Positions 53,556 through 64,000 of a stretch of 64,000 nucleotides of DNA are shown piece by piece; within the stretch, counting starts at the first letter, position 1, and each line of letters begins with the position of its first letter. Under the pieces are notes generated by a model that saw nothing but the letters and a program-made list of their open reading frames with translations, was not told where the DNA came from and did no database searches. The stretch is from Camelus dromedarius (taxonomy: Eukaryota), in assembly GCF_036321535.1 (NCBI RefSeq), contig NC_087436.1:21950001-22014000 (forward strand). The letters run 5' to 3'. The translations under genes were made by a program, and so were the position numbers.

Positions 53556-54718
53556 ATATAATTTTCAAATTGATGGATTTGGTCTTATTGATAGTGCAAT
53601 GGTCCTTTACCCCAGAAAGTATTCCTAGTTGTATATTTGGAAGCCAATGTGTGTTTATCTGCAACTTTATTGTAATATTTTCTAAAGATTCAAGATGCTT
53701 TCTGGATTTAATTTTTGCCAGATGATATTTAAAAACTAGAGCCGAATTATAAATGAGACTGCTTTGTTAAGAACAACAAGTGAGTCTGTGGATTTGTGAA
53801 GTTGGAGACTAAATCAGTATTCCAAACCAAACTCGATTGCTGCTATCTCATTAAATAGCATTGGGTAGACATTTAAAGATTTTTATGCATTTTAATTCAG
53901 CTGGCAACTTGATTTAAAGCAACATTGATTTTTTTTTCCTAATTCGTTCTTGGTCATGTATATCATGCTAAATATCAAAATGAATTTGAAGCTATTTGCG
54001 GCTGTCTGTGTAACAGAGTGTTAAATTCTTGGAGGCTTTCTTTCCCCATGCTAATTTGCATCATTTTGTCATTACTTTTATTTTCCTTGGAGCTTTATCT
54101 TTTTAGAATTATTATTCACTCTTTTCACCATATACCCCAATCATTAAACGATTAAAACTTTATTAAGCAGAGCAGCAAGAAACTCTTTGGATAATGATGA
54201 GGTTGGAAACTCCCTTGAACGACCTATTGGCTCATCTTGGAAGAAGAGTTTCATGCCAAATTATCTCCGTGTGCCCACGAATAATGCTTTAACAAGGGTG
54301 GATGAAGAGATGAGTGTAAAGAGCAATTCTAATGGGAGGAGTGGTAGTGATATTCACCTTGGCAAAGCATGCTGGTGCCTTGACAAGATGGTACCTGCTC
54401 TTGTTGCTAATTTAGGTGCATATTAAGTTAGCAGCCCCTATAGCTGTCTGCTATTTTACAAAATGAATTAGAAGAGAAAGAATAAACCTTTCAGGATTTA
54501 GAAGTCCCTCATATGACCATAAAATGACTGCACAGAGAATACCCATTTAACCCAGACTTTATGGTACATCAATTGGGTGGACTGGTTGTAATAATAAAAG
54601 TGGGATAGGCAGGAAGGAAATTCACATGAAGGTAGCTGTGGGCTCTACCTGACTTTAATTCTTAGCTTCATCCTGAATTCTGGAGTGACTGAGATGTTTG
54701 CTGTTGCTGTTTCCTAAG

Positions 54719-54847
54719 TGCAGAATTTCAGAGTGGGATATCCAGACTTTCGTGTGAAGATACGTCTGTATTAAACGAGGAATCATTGGCAGTGACATTT
54801 GGGCGTGAACATTTGGAAGATTTAAAGAACTGAGAAGAACTGAGATC
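54719..54847 (+). other. INPP4B: 5'UTR part of the INPP4B start-codon exon (exact acceptor uncertain: 54719, 54724 or 54732)
   Basis: Pyrimidine-rich tract ctgttgctgtttcct followed by three AGs. No ATG between these acceptors and the start codon. Confidence 0.75.
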
Positions 54848-54938
54848 ATGGAAATCAAAGAGGAAGAAGCATCAGAAGAAGGCCAGCACTTTCTTCCCGC
54901 ACCCCAGGCAAATGATCCTGGGGACTTTCAGTTCACAA
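54848..54938 (+). CDS. INPP4B: INPP4B first coding exon, coding part (30 codons plus 1 nt, phase-1 donor)
   Basis: Translates to [30 protein letters not shown], nearly identical to the human INPP4B N-terminus as I recall it ([30 protein letters not shown]). Strong Kozak context atcATGg, in-frame upstream TGA at 54806-54808, donor AA|GTGAGT at 54939. Confidence 0.96.
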
Positions 54939-55458
54939 GTGAGTGTGTGTGCACCCCCATATTAACCAACTTTTTTTCCTTTACACCATTTATTTCAGTG
55001 TTGTGAGTCTACGATATGCCTCCTATCCTTTACTTAGATGGGGTAGATGATAGTCTATGAAATGGTTAAATATCAAATAGTAGAATCGTAGTTCTTGAAC
55101 ATGTGTTAAGACACTAAGTACTTTTTAAGTACATTTTCTTTTTAATGTTTTTATAATCTCATGTGGAATTATTTTTTTTTAGAACCTAGAAATTTTCTCT
55201 TTAAAACCGAAGACAGTTGAGTTGAAAGCATTAGGGCACCGTGGTTTCACTAGATGCCCAGACTGTCACTGCCACACCTGAGAGCGCTTAGTCACGTAAA
55301 TAGAGCAAGCTTGGAGATTTGGCCAAGATTTGCATTTGAACATTAACTTCGGTTTTTGTGCTACTCCACTAATTAAAATCATCAGAAGAATTCTATGTTT
55401 TCTCTCATGCTTAAAATTCTAGAGCTTGGGTTTTATTGTTAAACATAAGTTGTGTCTT

Positions 55459-56041
55459 TGTTGCTGAAAGATCGGCCCTGTCCCTGACGAGCCAAATTGA
55501 AACTCAGAGACGGGGTCTTGGAGCTTAGAAGAAAAAAGGCAGCTTTATTACTTTGCCAGGTAAAGGGGACTCACAGCAGGCTGGTGCCTTCACAACTTTG
55601 AGCCCACCTTGGGGGTAGGGTGGGGTTATATAGCCATGGCTTAAACAATAAAGCATAGATAACAATCAACAGAATCATTTTCTCATCAGAAGACTTACAG
55701 TGCTGTCATAATGTCTCCAGGCAGCGAACTCTGTAGAGGATAGCGGTTGTCACTTTTTCGATCTCTTTATCTCCAAGCGCCCAAGGCGTGGTCTTCTTGG
55801 TATTTTGTAAGGTTACAGTTCTGTGACCTTCTCCCTGTTGAACAACTCAGAAGCCAAGTATAATTATTACTTTTGATTACTGGAATAAAGTGGAAAGAGT
55901 GAATTAATAGCTTTATTTTAACAACGGGTCTGGAGCTGTAAGTAGCAAGTGGTCAGTCAGGTCAGTTGACCATTTTAAGGGCAAGCATAAGAATAAGCGA
56001 TTTGTTAGCCTAAATGTGGCTGTTTTATTAATTCTCCTTCA
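55459..56041 (-). mobile_element. Structurally intact ERV1-like solo LTR (583 bp), antisense in an INPP4B intron
   Basis: TG...CA termini and exact 4-bp TSD TCTT (55455-55458, 56042-56045). Minus-strand TATATAA at 55626-55632 and AATAAA at 55544-55549, in the expected order. Confidence 0.88.
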
Positions 56042-57327
56042 TCTTCTTTTTCTTTTCTTTTCAGAAGATTCCTGTTGCCCACTTATTTAACACAGGCAAA
56101 CATATGCCTAACCTCTCATCTAATTTACATTATAAAAATAATCTTTAGGGAATGGTATTGTTTGGATGCATTTTTTTGAGAAATTTGATTGTCAGAGCTT
56201 CCAGCAGAATTGTTAATAACTTTTTCAAAAATCCACACTCTTTGAGATTAACAAAGACCCTCCTAATGACTGTCACTTCAACCTCTCTCAGAAAGCCTAA
56301 AATTGTTAACCATAGCATTGTTAAATGTCAGCAGGAAAAAAAAATAAATGGTTACTGTACAAAAAAAAATGTGAACTCTGTAAATAAAAAAACATGATTT
56401 TTATACAAAGAGGTGTTTCTAACAGTGTATTCATGACCAAATGCTAATAAACTAAAATTGTATCTGAATGCACCCGTGCAAATAAACAAGAAAATAATTT
56501 TTAAAATATTCTTACATTTACTGCACACTGGTTTACTTTTCCATAAATTTTAGTTCTGCTTCTTTGGGCAGCCAGGAGTTGGAACAAATGTCATCCCAGT
56601 CCTCATCCACTCTTGTTTAGGAAGCCCCTGCGCTGTGTGTGTGGTCTTTGAGAATCCACCTACCACATTATCACTTGCCACAGCCTTATCTTTCTAACTA
56701 CTAACCTTTAGATGTTCCCATCTCCTTACCTTTGTTCTGACTCACTTCCCCCCCCCACTTCATCTTAAATTATTTAGCCATGTTTTTAATTGCCAAAGAA
56801 AGGAATAGACACATCTAACCGAATGCTGATTTGAGCTATCAATAAGTTGACAGAGTAATCACCATCATGTTCTGTATAACCTAAGCAAAGATAGCCCTTT
56901 AATTAATAATTTACTATTAACACCAGGCTGAAGGGGCGTGAAAGAGGAATCAGTGTAAGAGAGGACTTCGGTGAGGTCCTCCTTTGTGAGGGTTCCATCT
57001 CTGTCTACATGTATCCAAAAGAAAGAGGAACAGTTGAAAAACATGTTTTATATTTGTCATGGCTTACAAAACCAATATTTCTGAGTTTTTTAATGGCTAT
57101 GGAGATAAATAGATCAGTCAGATTTTTAGTCATATGTAGTTTTGCTATAATGCCCTGCCCTGAGAACTAACTCCTTATGTATAAGTCTGGAAAGTTATAA
57201 CTGAGTTTATTTGTCCTGCTAAATACTGCGTTTATACAGTCTGGGCAGGGTGAAAGTAATATATATTGACATATTTTTGATAACAAGTCCGATGTCTTTA
57301 TTCTAAATGTGTTCCTACTATTCATAG

Positions 57328-57372
57328 GTATTCAGAAGTCTCCAAATGAACCACAGTTGGAATTCATCCTTG
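57328..57372 (+). CDS. INPP4B: INPP4B second coding exon (45 nt, phase 1-1)
   Basis: Acceptor ttcatAG and donor TG|GTAAGA. Spliced to the previous exon it reads (S)IQKSPNEPQLEFIL, matching human SIQKTPNEPQLEFIL. Confidence 0.96.
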
Positions 57373-57469
57373 GTAAGAAATTCCATCATATTTATTTATA
57401 GCTATAAATATTAGAGTCATTTGTACATATAGTTTACAACTTTAGGTTCGTTAGTTATATCATTATATA

Positions 57470-57665
57470 TTTTGTAAGCTTTCATGAATACTGTTCTATA
57501 AGAAATTTCATTCTATAAGGTGAGTATTATTTCCCCCAATTTGTAAATAAAGAATCTGAGCTGTGGGGCAGGTCAGTTCATGACCAAGCACTGAAGGCTC
57601 AGTGGTGATGGAGTTGTGCCACTCAACCAGGTCTGCTTACCACAAATCCGGTGCCCAGCACTCAT
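57470..57665 (-). mobile_element. MIR
   Basis: ctataaggtgagtattatttcccccaatttgtaaataaagaatctgag..caaccaggtctg. Confidence 0.7.
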
Positions 57666-58514
57666 TCTAATAAAGTGACTGGATTTATTGCTAATCAACA
57701 TTTCTCAAAATCCATGTGTCTAATTATCTGCTCCTTGGGCTGGAGACTGGGCTCATGTAAGTTTTCCTTTATCCTCCTTGCTGCCACTTTCAAAGTTTGT
57801 GCCTTTCAGTCTCATTCACTCAAAATTGTCCCCTAACTCTTCCATCTTGATATTGTGGGGAGATCCTTGACATTTTGAGAATTTAATTCAAAGCTTTGAC
57901 TTGCTTAAGCAACTCTAAAGATCTGTCACACGTAGAAATGTGTAGCTTTATCAAAGGATCAAGTGAAAATGTGCACCTTGAGGCTAGTCCACTTCTTAGT
58001 TAATGAGGAGGAGCTGCTTTTTGTTTAAATTGGCATGACTGCAAAACGCCATTAAGGAATTAGCTGCAAAATAGTATTTAAAGAGGGTAGAAATATGGTT
58101 CACATGAACTATTTAGAGAGAGTATTTTTTTTCTCTCATGGTTCTGAAATATTTTGAAGGTTCACCAGTGTCTTTACATTGTATCTGTAATGAAGTTTTT
58201 TTTTTTTGTTCTGAATGGAATTGTACATGCATGTATTCAATTTCATGTGCAGACACCAGATACATTTTGGTATCCAAATCTTTAAATATTAGTATATATT
58301 TTTACAAGGTTATGAGCAAATTGAAATATATGCATTCATTGTCTCTAGTAGTTTTTAGTGGTTTGAAGTCCCAACTTAAAAACAATATACATTTGCATTA
58401 TATAATGAAATAAGTCTCAAATTTATATCCTTTACTCAAAATACTACATTTTGAAGCATGTTTTGAACGTATTGAGATAATGACCATAATTTTCTGTTTT
58501 GTTTGTTTTCTCTT

Positions 58515-59325
58515 TTTTATAGACTTTATTTTTAAAGCAATTTCAGGTTCACATCAAAATTGAGCAGAAGGTTACAGAAATTTTCCATATAACTGCATCC
58601 CCACAAATGCATATCTTTCCCCATTTTCAACATCCCCTGCCAAACTGGTACATTTGTTCCAGTTGATGAACTTACAGTGAGAGATTATTGTCACCCATTG
58701 TTTATATTAGGGTTCAACCCTTTCTTTTGGGTTTGGACAATGTATAATGACACGTATCCATCATTGTAGTATCATACTTAGTGTGTTCACTGCTGTGAGA
58801 GTTGTCTGTGCTTTGCCAAGGCATCCCACCCTCTCCCCTAACCCCTGGCAACCACTGATCTTTTTACTGTCTCCATAGTTTTGCCTTTTCCAGAGTGTCA
58901 GGCAGAATCATACAGAATGTAGCCCTTTCAGATTGGCTTCTTTCTTTTTATTTAATTTTTCTCCATATCTTTTCATGGCTTGATAGCTCACTTCTTTTTA
59001 GCATAGGTTGAATGGATGTACCACAGTTTATTTATCTAGTCACCTGCTGAAGGACATCTTGGTAACTTCCAAGTTTTAGTAATTATGAGTGAAGCTGCTA
59101 GAAACACCTGTGTACAAGCTTTTGTGTAGACATTGGTTTTCACCATTTGCGGGGTAAATACCAAGGAGCACAACTGCTGGATCATATGGTGAGAGTATGT
59201 TTAGTTTTGAGAGAAACTGTCAAACTCTTTTGCAAAGCGGCTGTACCACCGTGCTTTCCCACCAGCAGTATATAAGTTACTCCACGTCTTCACCAACATT
59301 TAGCATTGTCAGCATTCTGGTTTTC
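58515..59325 (-). mobile_element. L1 (L1MB-like) 3'UTR
   Basis: aggttcacatcaaaattgagcagaagg..cccctggcaaccactgatctttttactgtctccatagttttgccttttccagagtgtca..gctggatcatatggt. Confidence 0.88.
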
Positions 59326-62300
59326 TGTATAACTCATTTTTTGAAACTTTTTTTTTTTTTGTAATAAATGTAGCTAAATGGTGCTGTAAGTTAAGAATTC
59401 TAGATTTTTTTAATTTTCCCAGGTATTGAGAAACAGACAGAAATGTGAAAACTCAGGAAACTTCTGTGGTAACACCAATAAAACTATACTTTTTTTCTTT
59501 ATTTATTTTTCTAGAGCATTGTCAGATGTTGTCACATATAGAAAAAATTCGTTTTCAGAAAGGGAGCTGAGTAGCAAAGAAGGCCTGGGGCACGTGTTGA
59601 CTCACTGACTGTAACTCTTGCTACTTGAGCCTCTATCTACCCATCTTTCTTTCTTTAAGAGAAGAAATTCATTTTTTACCTTTTTAGCAGGACTTCTGAA
59701 AAATGAAGATTTGTTAGACTAATCCAGTATATTTCAAAACACAAATCACACCTTCTTATTTGTATCTTGGAGAACAGAGAAATCTGAAGGGAGCAAAAGC
59801 AATTGGAGTGGAGGCTGTTGGTCAAACGTAGGGGCCAGCTCTCAAGAGACAGCATGTCTGGGCCAAATACCTCTCTTCTATTTCAATTAAAGTTAATCTA
59901 TCTTGTCTAAAAACCTAACTATACTAGTTATTTTGAAATCACAGTCAAGTTCAGGAGTAATGCTATTGTTGCTTACATTTCTGGCTTTGAATAGATCTAA
60001 GAGATGAGCAGCTGTGAGAATTTATTCATTAAGAATATTCCTCCCGTTAAAAAAAAAAAAACTTTGATATTCTTTTTTTCACATGTATTCAAAAAATACA
60101 CTAGAATTCCTAACAACAGGTAATTTTATTTTGTCATATGGCAAGAAAAGCCTGATGAATAAACCAGAGAAAGTTATTTAGCATCTTCAGGGAATTGTGT
60201 TGTTCATCCAGGAAAGTACTGTTTCGCAAACTGTTTGTTATGCTTGTAGCACTTTAAGATCCTCAACTGTACCATTTCTGGAAGATTTTTTTTTTTTAAA
60301 CTACTCTTTCAAGGAGATTACAGCTAAACCCCTGTAGATTTCACGGTATATTTTAGTCACTTTTTTTCTTTGAATTTTTTTAATCTCACAAATTATTCAA
60401 GACTTCAACTATTATATAGTTGGCTTCATTTCATAATTAATAAAGGGACAATAATAGTTTCTTAAATATTTTTATCATTGTTTAAGAATGTGCATATTTA
60501 TTTACTCAGAAAGAAAGCAAAGCATCTTTAAAAAATCTAGGAAAGAAAATAGAATAAGGTAACAGGCTTTTTTCCTACCTAATTTTCCAACTAAATTTTT
60601 TTTTTTATATTTGATTCTTGATTTTTTTAACCAAAGTATTCAAGTATATTGAGAGTTTCAGTGGCCCTGCTTTTTAAGTTGGGAAGACAGTCACACTCAT
60701 TTTGTAGGTGTCCTATTGCTTTGTACAAGTTTTTTTTTCTATCAGGGGTTTGTTTCTGCTTTGTATGCTGCTGTAAAATCATTCTATCTTGTTGAAGTTC
60801 CTCTGCTACATCTTTATTCAAGTAAATGAGGTAGGAGCGCTTAGTCAATTGAGCAAGCTAATTGGCTAAAAATTTCTTGATAGCACAAGATAAGCATGTA
60901 CTGAAAAAAATGAGTATTGCTTGCCCATTGTCGACTGTCTTTCCAGCGGCTGACCGCATTTAAATTATGTCATTCACCTTTACACCTGCAACTGTGATTC
61001 CACGTCTTTCATTGTTTCACTTGAGTGTACTGATACCCTTTTTACTTTCACAAAGAGAAAAATAATTAAAAACCCAAGAGAACACAGATTTTTGCTTACA
61101 GTTTAATGAAATTGTTTTCATTTCAACAAAGCTGGTCTTTAAGAAGAGAGAGCACTTTTTACAATCTGGTTACAGCTCTTTCTTGAAAGCATTGTGGAAA
61201 ATTTATAGAGATGAATAATTGGGCAAAGATATGACAGGAAAGAAATTCCTATGAACCATTTCTTAAGTTTATCCCCCCCCAATTATTTTTATAATGTTTA
61301 CTGTCGTGTGCCTCCACTTTCTATCTCTGGAGTCAATATAACATTTAGAAGAATGTGTTTACATATGTTTATAATGGACACCACATATGCATCCAAAGCA
61401 ATAGTCACCAGTGCATGTTAAGTACATAGGAGAGAATGGCATGTGTATGTACATGTGGTCCTCGTGGTTTTTATTTGACACTGTGATGTCATATTCTTGA
61501 AATAACTTACACTTTGATGACTGATACCTAGTGGAAGCCAAGAGACCAGATACAGGGTACATCGAAGCACATTTCTTATGTGTCAACAGCCTCATGTCAG
61601 TTATGATAGGAATGTGGGGACATAGAGGCTGGAGTGAAGTCTAACAAGTACAAGTCATTCATTCATCTCAGTTGTGTTGGGAGCATAGAAAACTTATAAA
61701 TAAAATAACTTTAGATAGTGTTAAGTTCTATGTAGACAGAAACAGGGCAACTATATAGAATGTGCCTGAGGGAGAGGTAGTTGACTTGGGGAACGGAGGG
61801 ACTGTTATGGATATAGAAGGTCAAGGAAGGCCTCTTTGTGTCCAGAGGGACTTATGCAGGGGGCTGGAGTAGATACTTACACAGCCGGCATTAGGGTCGT
61901 AAGAATGGAAATACTGGGATTCAGGGGTTGTCAGTCAGGTTGCTGGTTTGATCAGACATGAGACTAAGTTATGAGTTGATCTGGTCTCATAGTAAAAAGG
62001 GAAATGGCGAATAGTGAAGGGCCTTCTGCTGGGCTACCAGAATGCCAAGGTCAAAGGAGTACAATAGTAGGGTAGAAGAGGGGCTCAGTCAGTGAGATCG
62101 CAGCCCCAGGGCCCCACTGGTCTCCCTCCCCGTCACCCATACCTGACCTCGCACAGTAGCGTCAGCCCTGCTGCTTGCGTGTTGCTGAGACTCTAGTGAG
62201 TAAAGGACAGAGAGAGATGGGATTCAAAGCCAACTTCTTGTTAGATCCTTTGCCTTTCGTGAAGCTGTTTTATCTTCTAAGCATCAGTATATAAACTTAT

Positions 62301-63179
62301 GGAATGATTTTTTTTCCGGAGACCTTTTCCTCTTGAATTGAGAAATGCAGCAATTCCTCCTCTGCAGATGTTATTAGTACATAAAATAAGACTAATTAAT
62401 CTGAGGTTCAAATTGTTTACCAGACCCTTGCTTTATTTTTCAGGTTTATCTGAAGTCAATAAATCTATATTAACTGCTATAATTTCCTTAGTCATATAGT
62501 GAAAGCTTTATCATATAAAAATCAATAAAAGACAATGCAGAAATACATCATAGTTACTTCTGCATTGTGGCCACTGTATGTTTTCAGATAGTTAACCCTC
62601 TTGATTTCTGTTTCCCCATCTCATTTCTTGACTTTTCTTCTAATTCCTCAAACTCAGGGTGGATAAAGAGAAGTTCAAGCCAGTGTATTTCATCTCCAAC
62701 TCAGAGTCAATTGGCATGTACTGTTTAATTTTTATAGTGAAACATATATTCTTAAGATGGAAAACTATACAGGTGTTAAAAATCATGTCAAAAGTATATT
62801 TCATCAAACAAGGGACTATGAGAGTTGTCAAAGCAGCATAACAAACTTTATGTATAACATACCCCTTATTTAACTGTCTGTGTGTGCGAAATAACAAGAT
62901 TGGAAGCATAGGTATCTGTATCTTTTATTGTGATTCTCACTACTTGGTACGATTTGTATTTGTTTTGTTACACTTTCCTATATCTTCTAAAATCTCTGCA
63001 GTGTGCCCATGTCAGTATCACAATCAAGTGTTTGTTTGTTTAAATAAATACCTAAATAAACTGAATAAGAAAGGAGGCATATTTACAGGAGTAAACTTCT
63101 GCTCTTTGCCTTCAATTAGCTTAAAGTATAATTAGAGAGATCAAACTAAGAGACTCCTGAAGTCACTCAAAAGATCCTT

Positions 63180-63450
63180 AAAAGCTAAGCTATTTTTCAG
63201 GGTCTCTAAGAATATACAAGATGGTGTAAAGGATCAAATTAGCGTGAGAATGAGTAGTCAAGAAAGGCTGTCCAGGGAAGACTAAATAAAGTCAGATTTT
63301 GAAGGAAAAAAAGCAGCATTAGAACAGGTGCGGGGAGGAGGAATCACCTTCTAGACCAGGAGAGGAACATCAGCAGATGCTGGGTGCTTGGAAAATAGAG
63401 ACTCCAAATGCAGAAAACACACACATAAAGGCATTCAATAAGTACTTATT
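63180..63450. mobile_element. L2 fragments
   Basis: agtcaagaaaggc..gattttgaagga..ttctagaccaggagaggaaca; acataaaggcattcaataagtactt. Confidence 0.45.
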
Positions 63451-64000
63451 TATTACTCCACCAAGTTATGTATACAAAGCCAGCCATTAAACAGAATTCT
63501 TGATTCATCTACTTCCGGGTTTTTTGGGATTGTGGTATGTGCTGAAAAATCAGGGATTCTAAGTGCTTTCTGGCAAATTACTTCACATTCCACTCTGCAA
63601 GCCATGTCAGTTCTGCCATGCATACTGTGACTAAATAAATCAAATTACACCCTTGTAGAAACTCTGTTTTCTCTACAGAGATGGAGAATTAAAAAAAAAA
63701 AAAAAGTTTTATGAACCCACTTTACCTGTACCAGGTAAATGATGTGCACCAGCCTAGAATTTAGTGATTACAATTCAGTTTTAGCACAACATTATGTCAT
63801 GGTTCAATGACAAGATTGCCCTTAAGTGGGTTGCTTCAAGTATTAAAGTGGCTTTCAATAAGGAGAGAATCTTTATCTTCTCTGGTTGTTAGGGTTTGTT
63901 CCAGGAGAGTGCTGACTCTAAATGCTTGGTTGTTCTATTGGATCATGGATTTGATCATCTGTACTGATTTTGGATTTTATAAATACAGCCACTATATTTC

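Noticed and set aside
54655..54858. Minus-strand ORF overlapping the INPP4B start
   Set aside because: Short, non-ATG start, and best explained as an antisense shadow.
56961..56981. Hairpin GAGGACTTC-GGT-GAGGTCCTC
   Set aside because: A 9-bp stem with one GU pair is expected by chance in 64 kb and is too short for a pre-miRNA.
57373..64000. Search for the third INPP4B coding exon (expected to start ACKDLV...)
   Set aside because: Not found by eye; it presumably lies beyond the end of the window.

Overview
Mammalian genomic DNA, AT-rich and repeat-dense, most likely from a camelid (camel, alpaca or llama), judged from Vic-1-like tRNA-derived SINEs and the L1 3' ends. The window lies in the 5' part of INPP4B (inositol polyphosphate 4-phosphatase type II) on the + strand. 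It holds a probable 66-nt non-coding 5'UTR exon (33308-33373), the start-codon exon (CDS 54848-54938, [30 protein letters not shown]) and the next 45-nt coding exon (57328-57372, SIQKSPNEPQLEFIL). The rest is intron filled with L1, L2, MIR, LTR and MER DNA-transposon relics. No ORF in the supplied track is a real gene; the recognisable ones are decayed L1 ORF2. I see no prokaryote-style novel system. The best leads are a candidate alternative terminal exon giving a 53-aa INPP4B peptide, a structurally intact antisense solo LTR next to the start exon, a twin-primed inverted L1, and several candidate cryptic 5'UTR exons. Repeat family names and the human INPP4B comparison come from memory, not from a database search.
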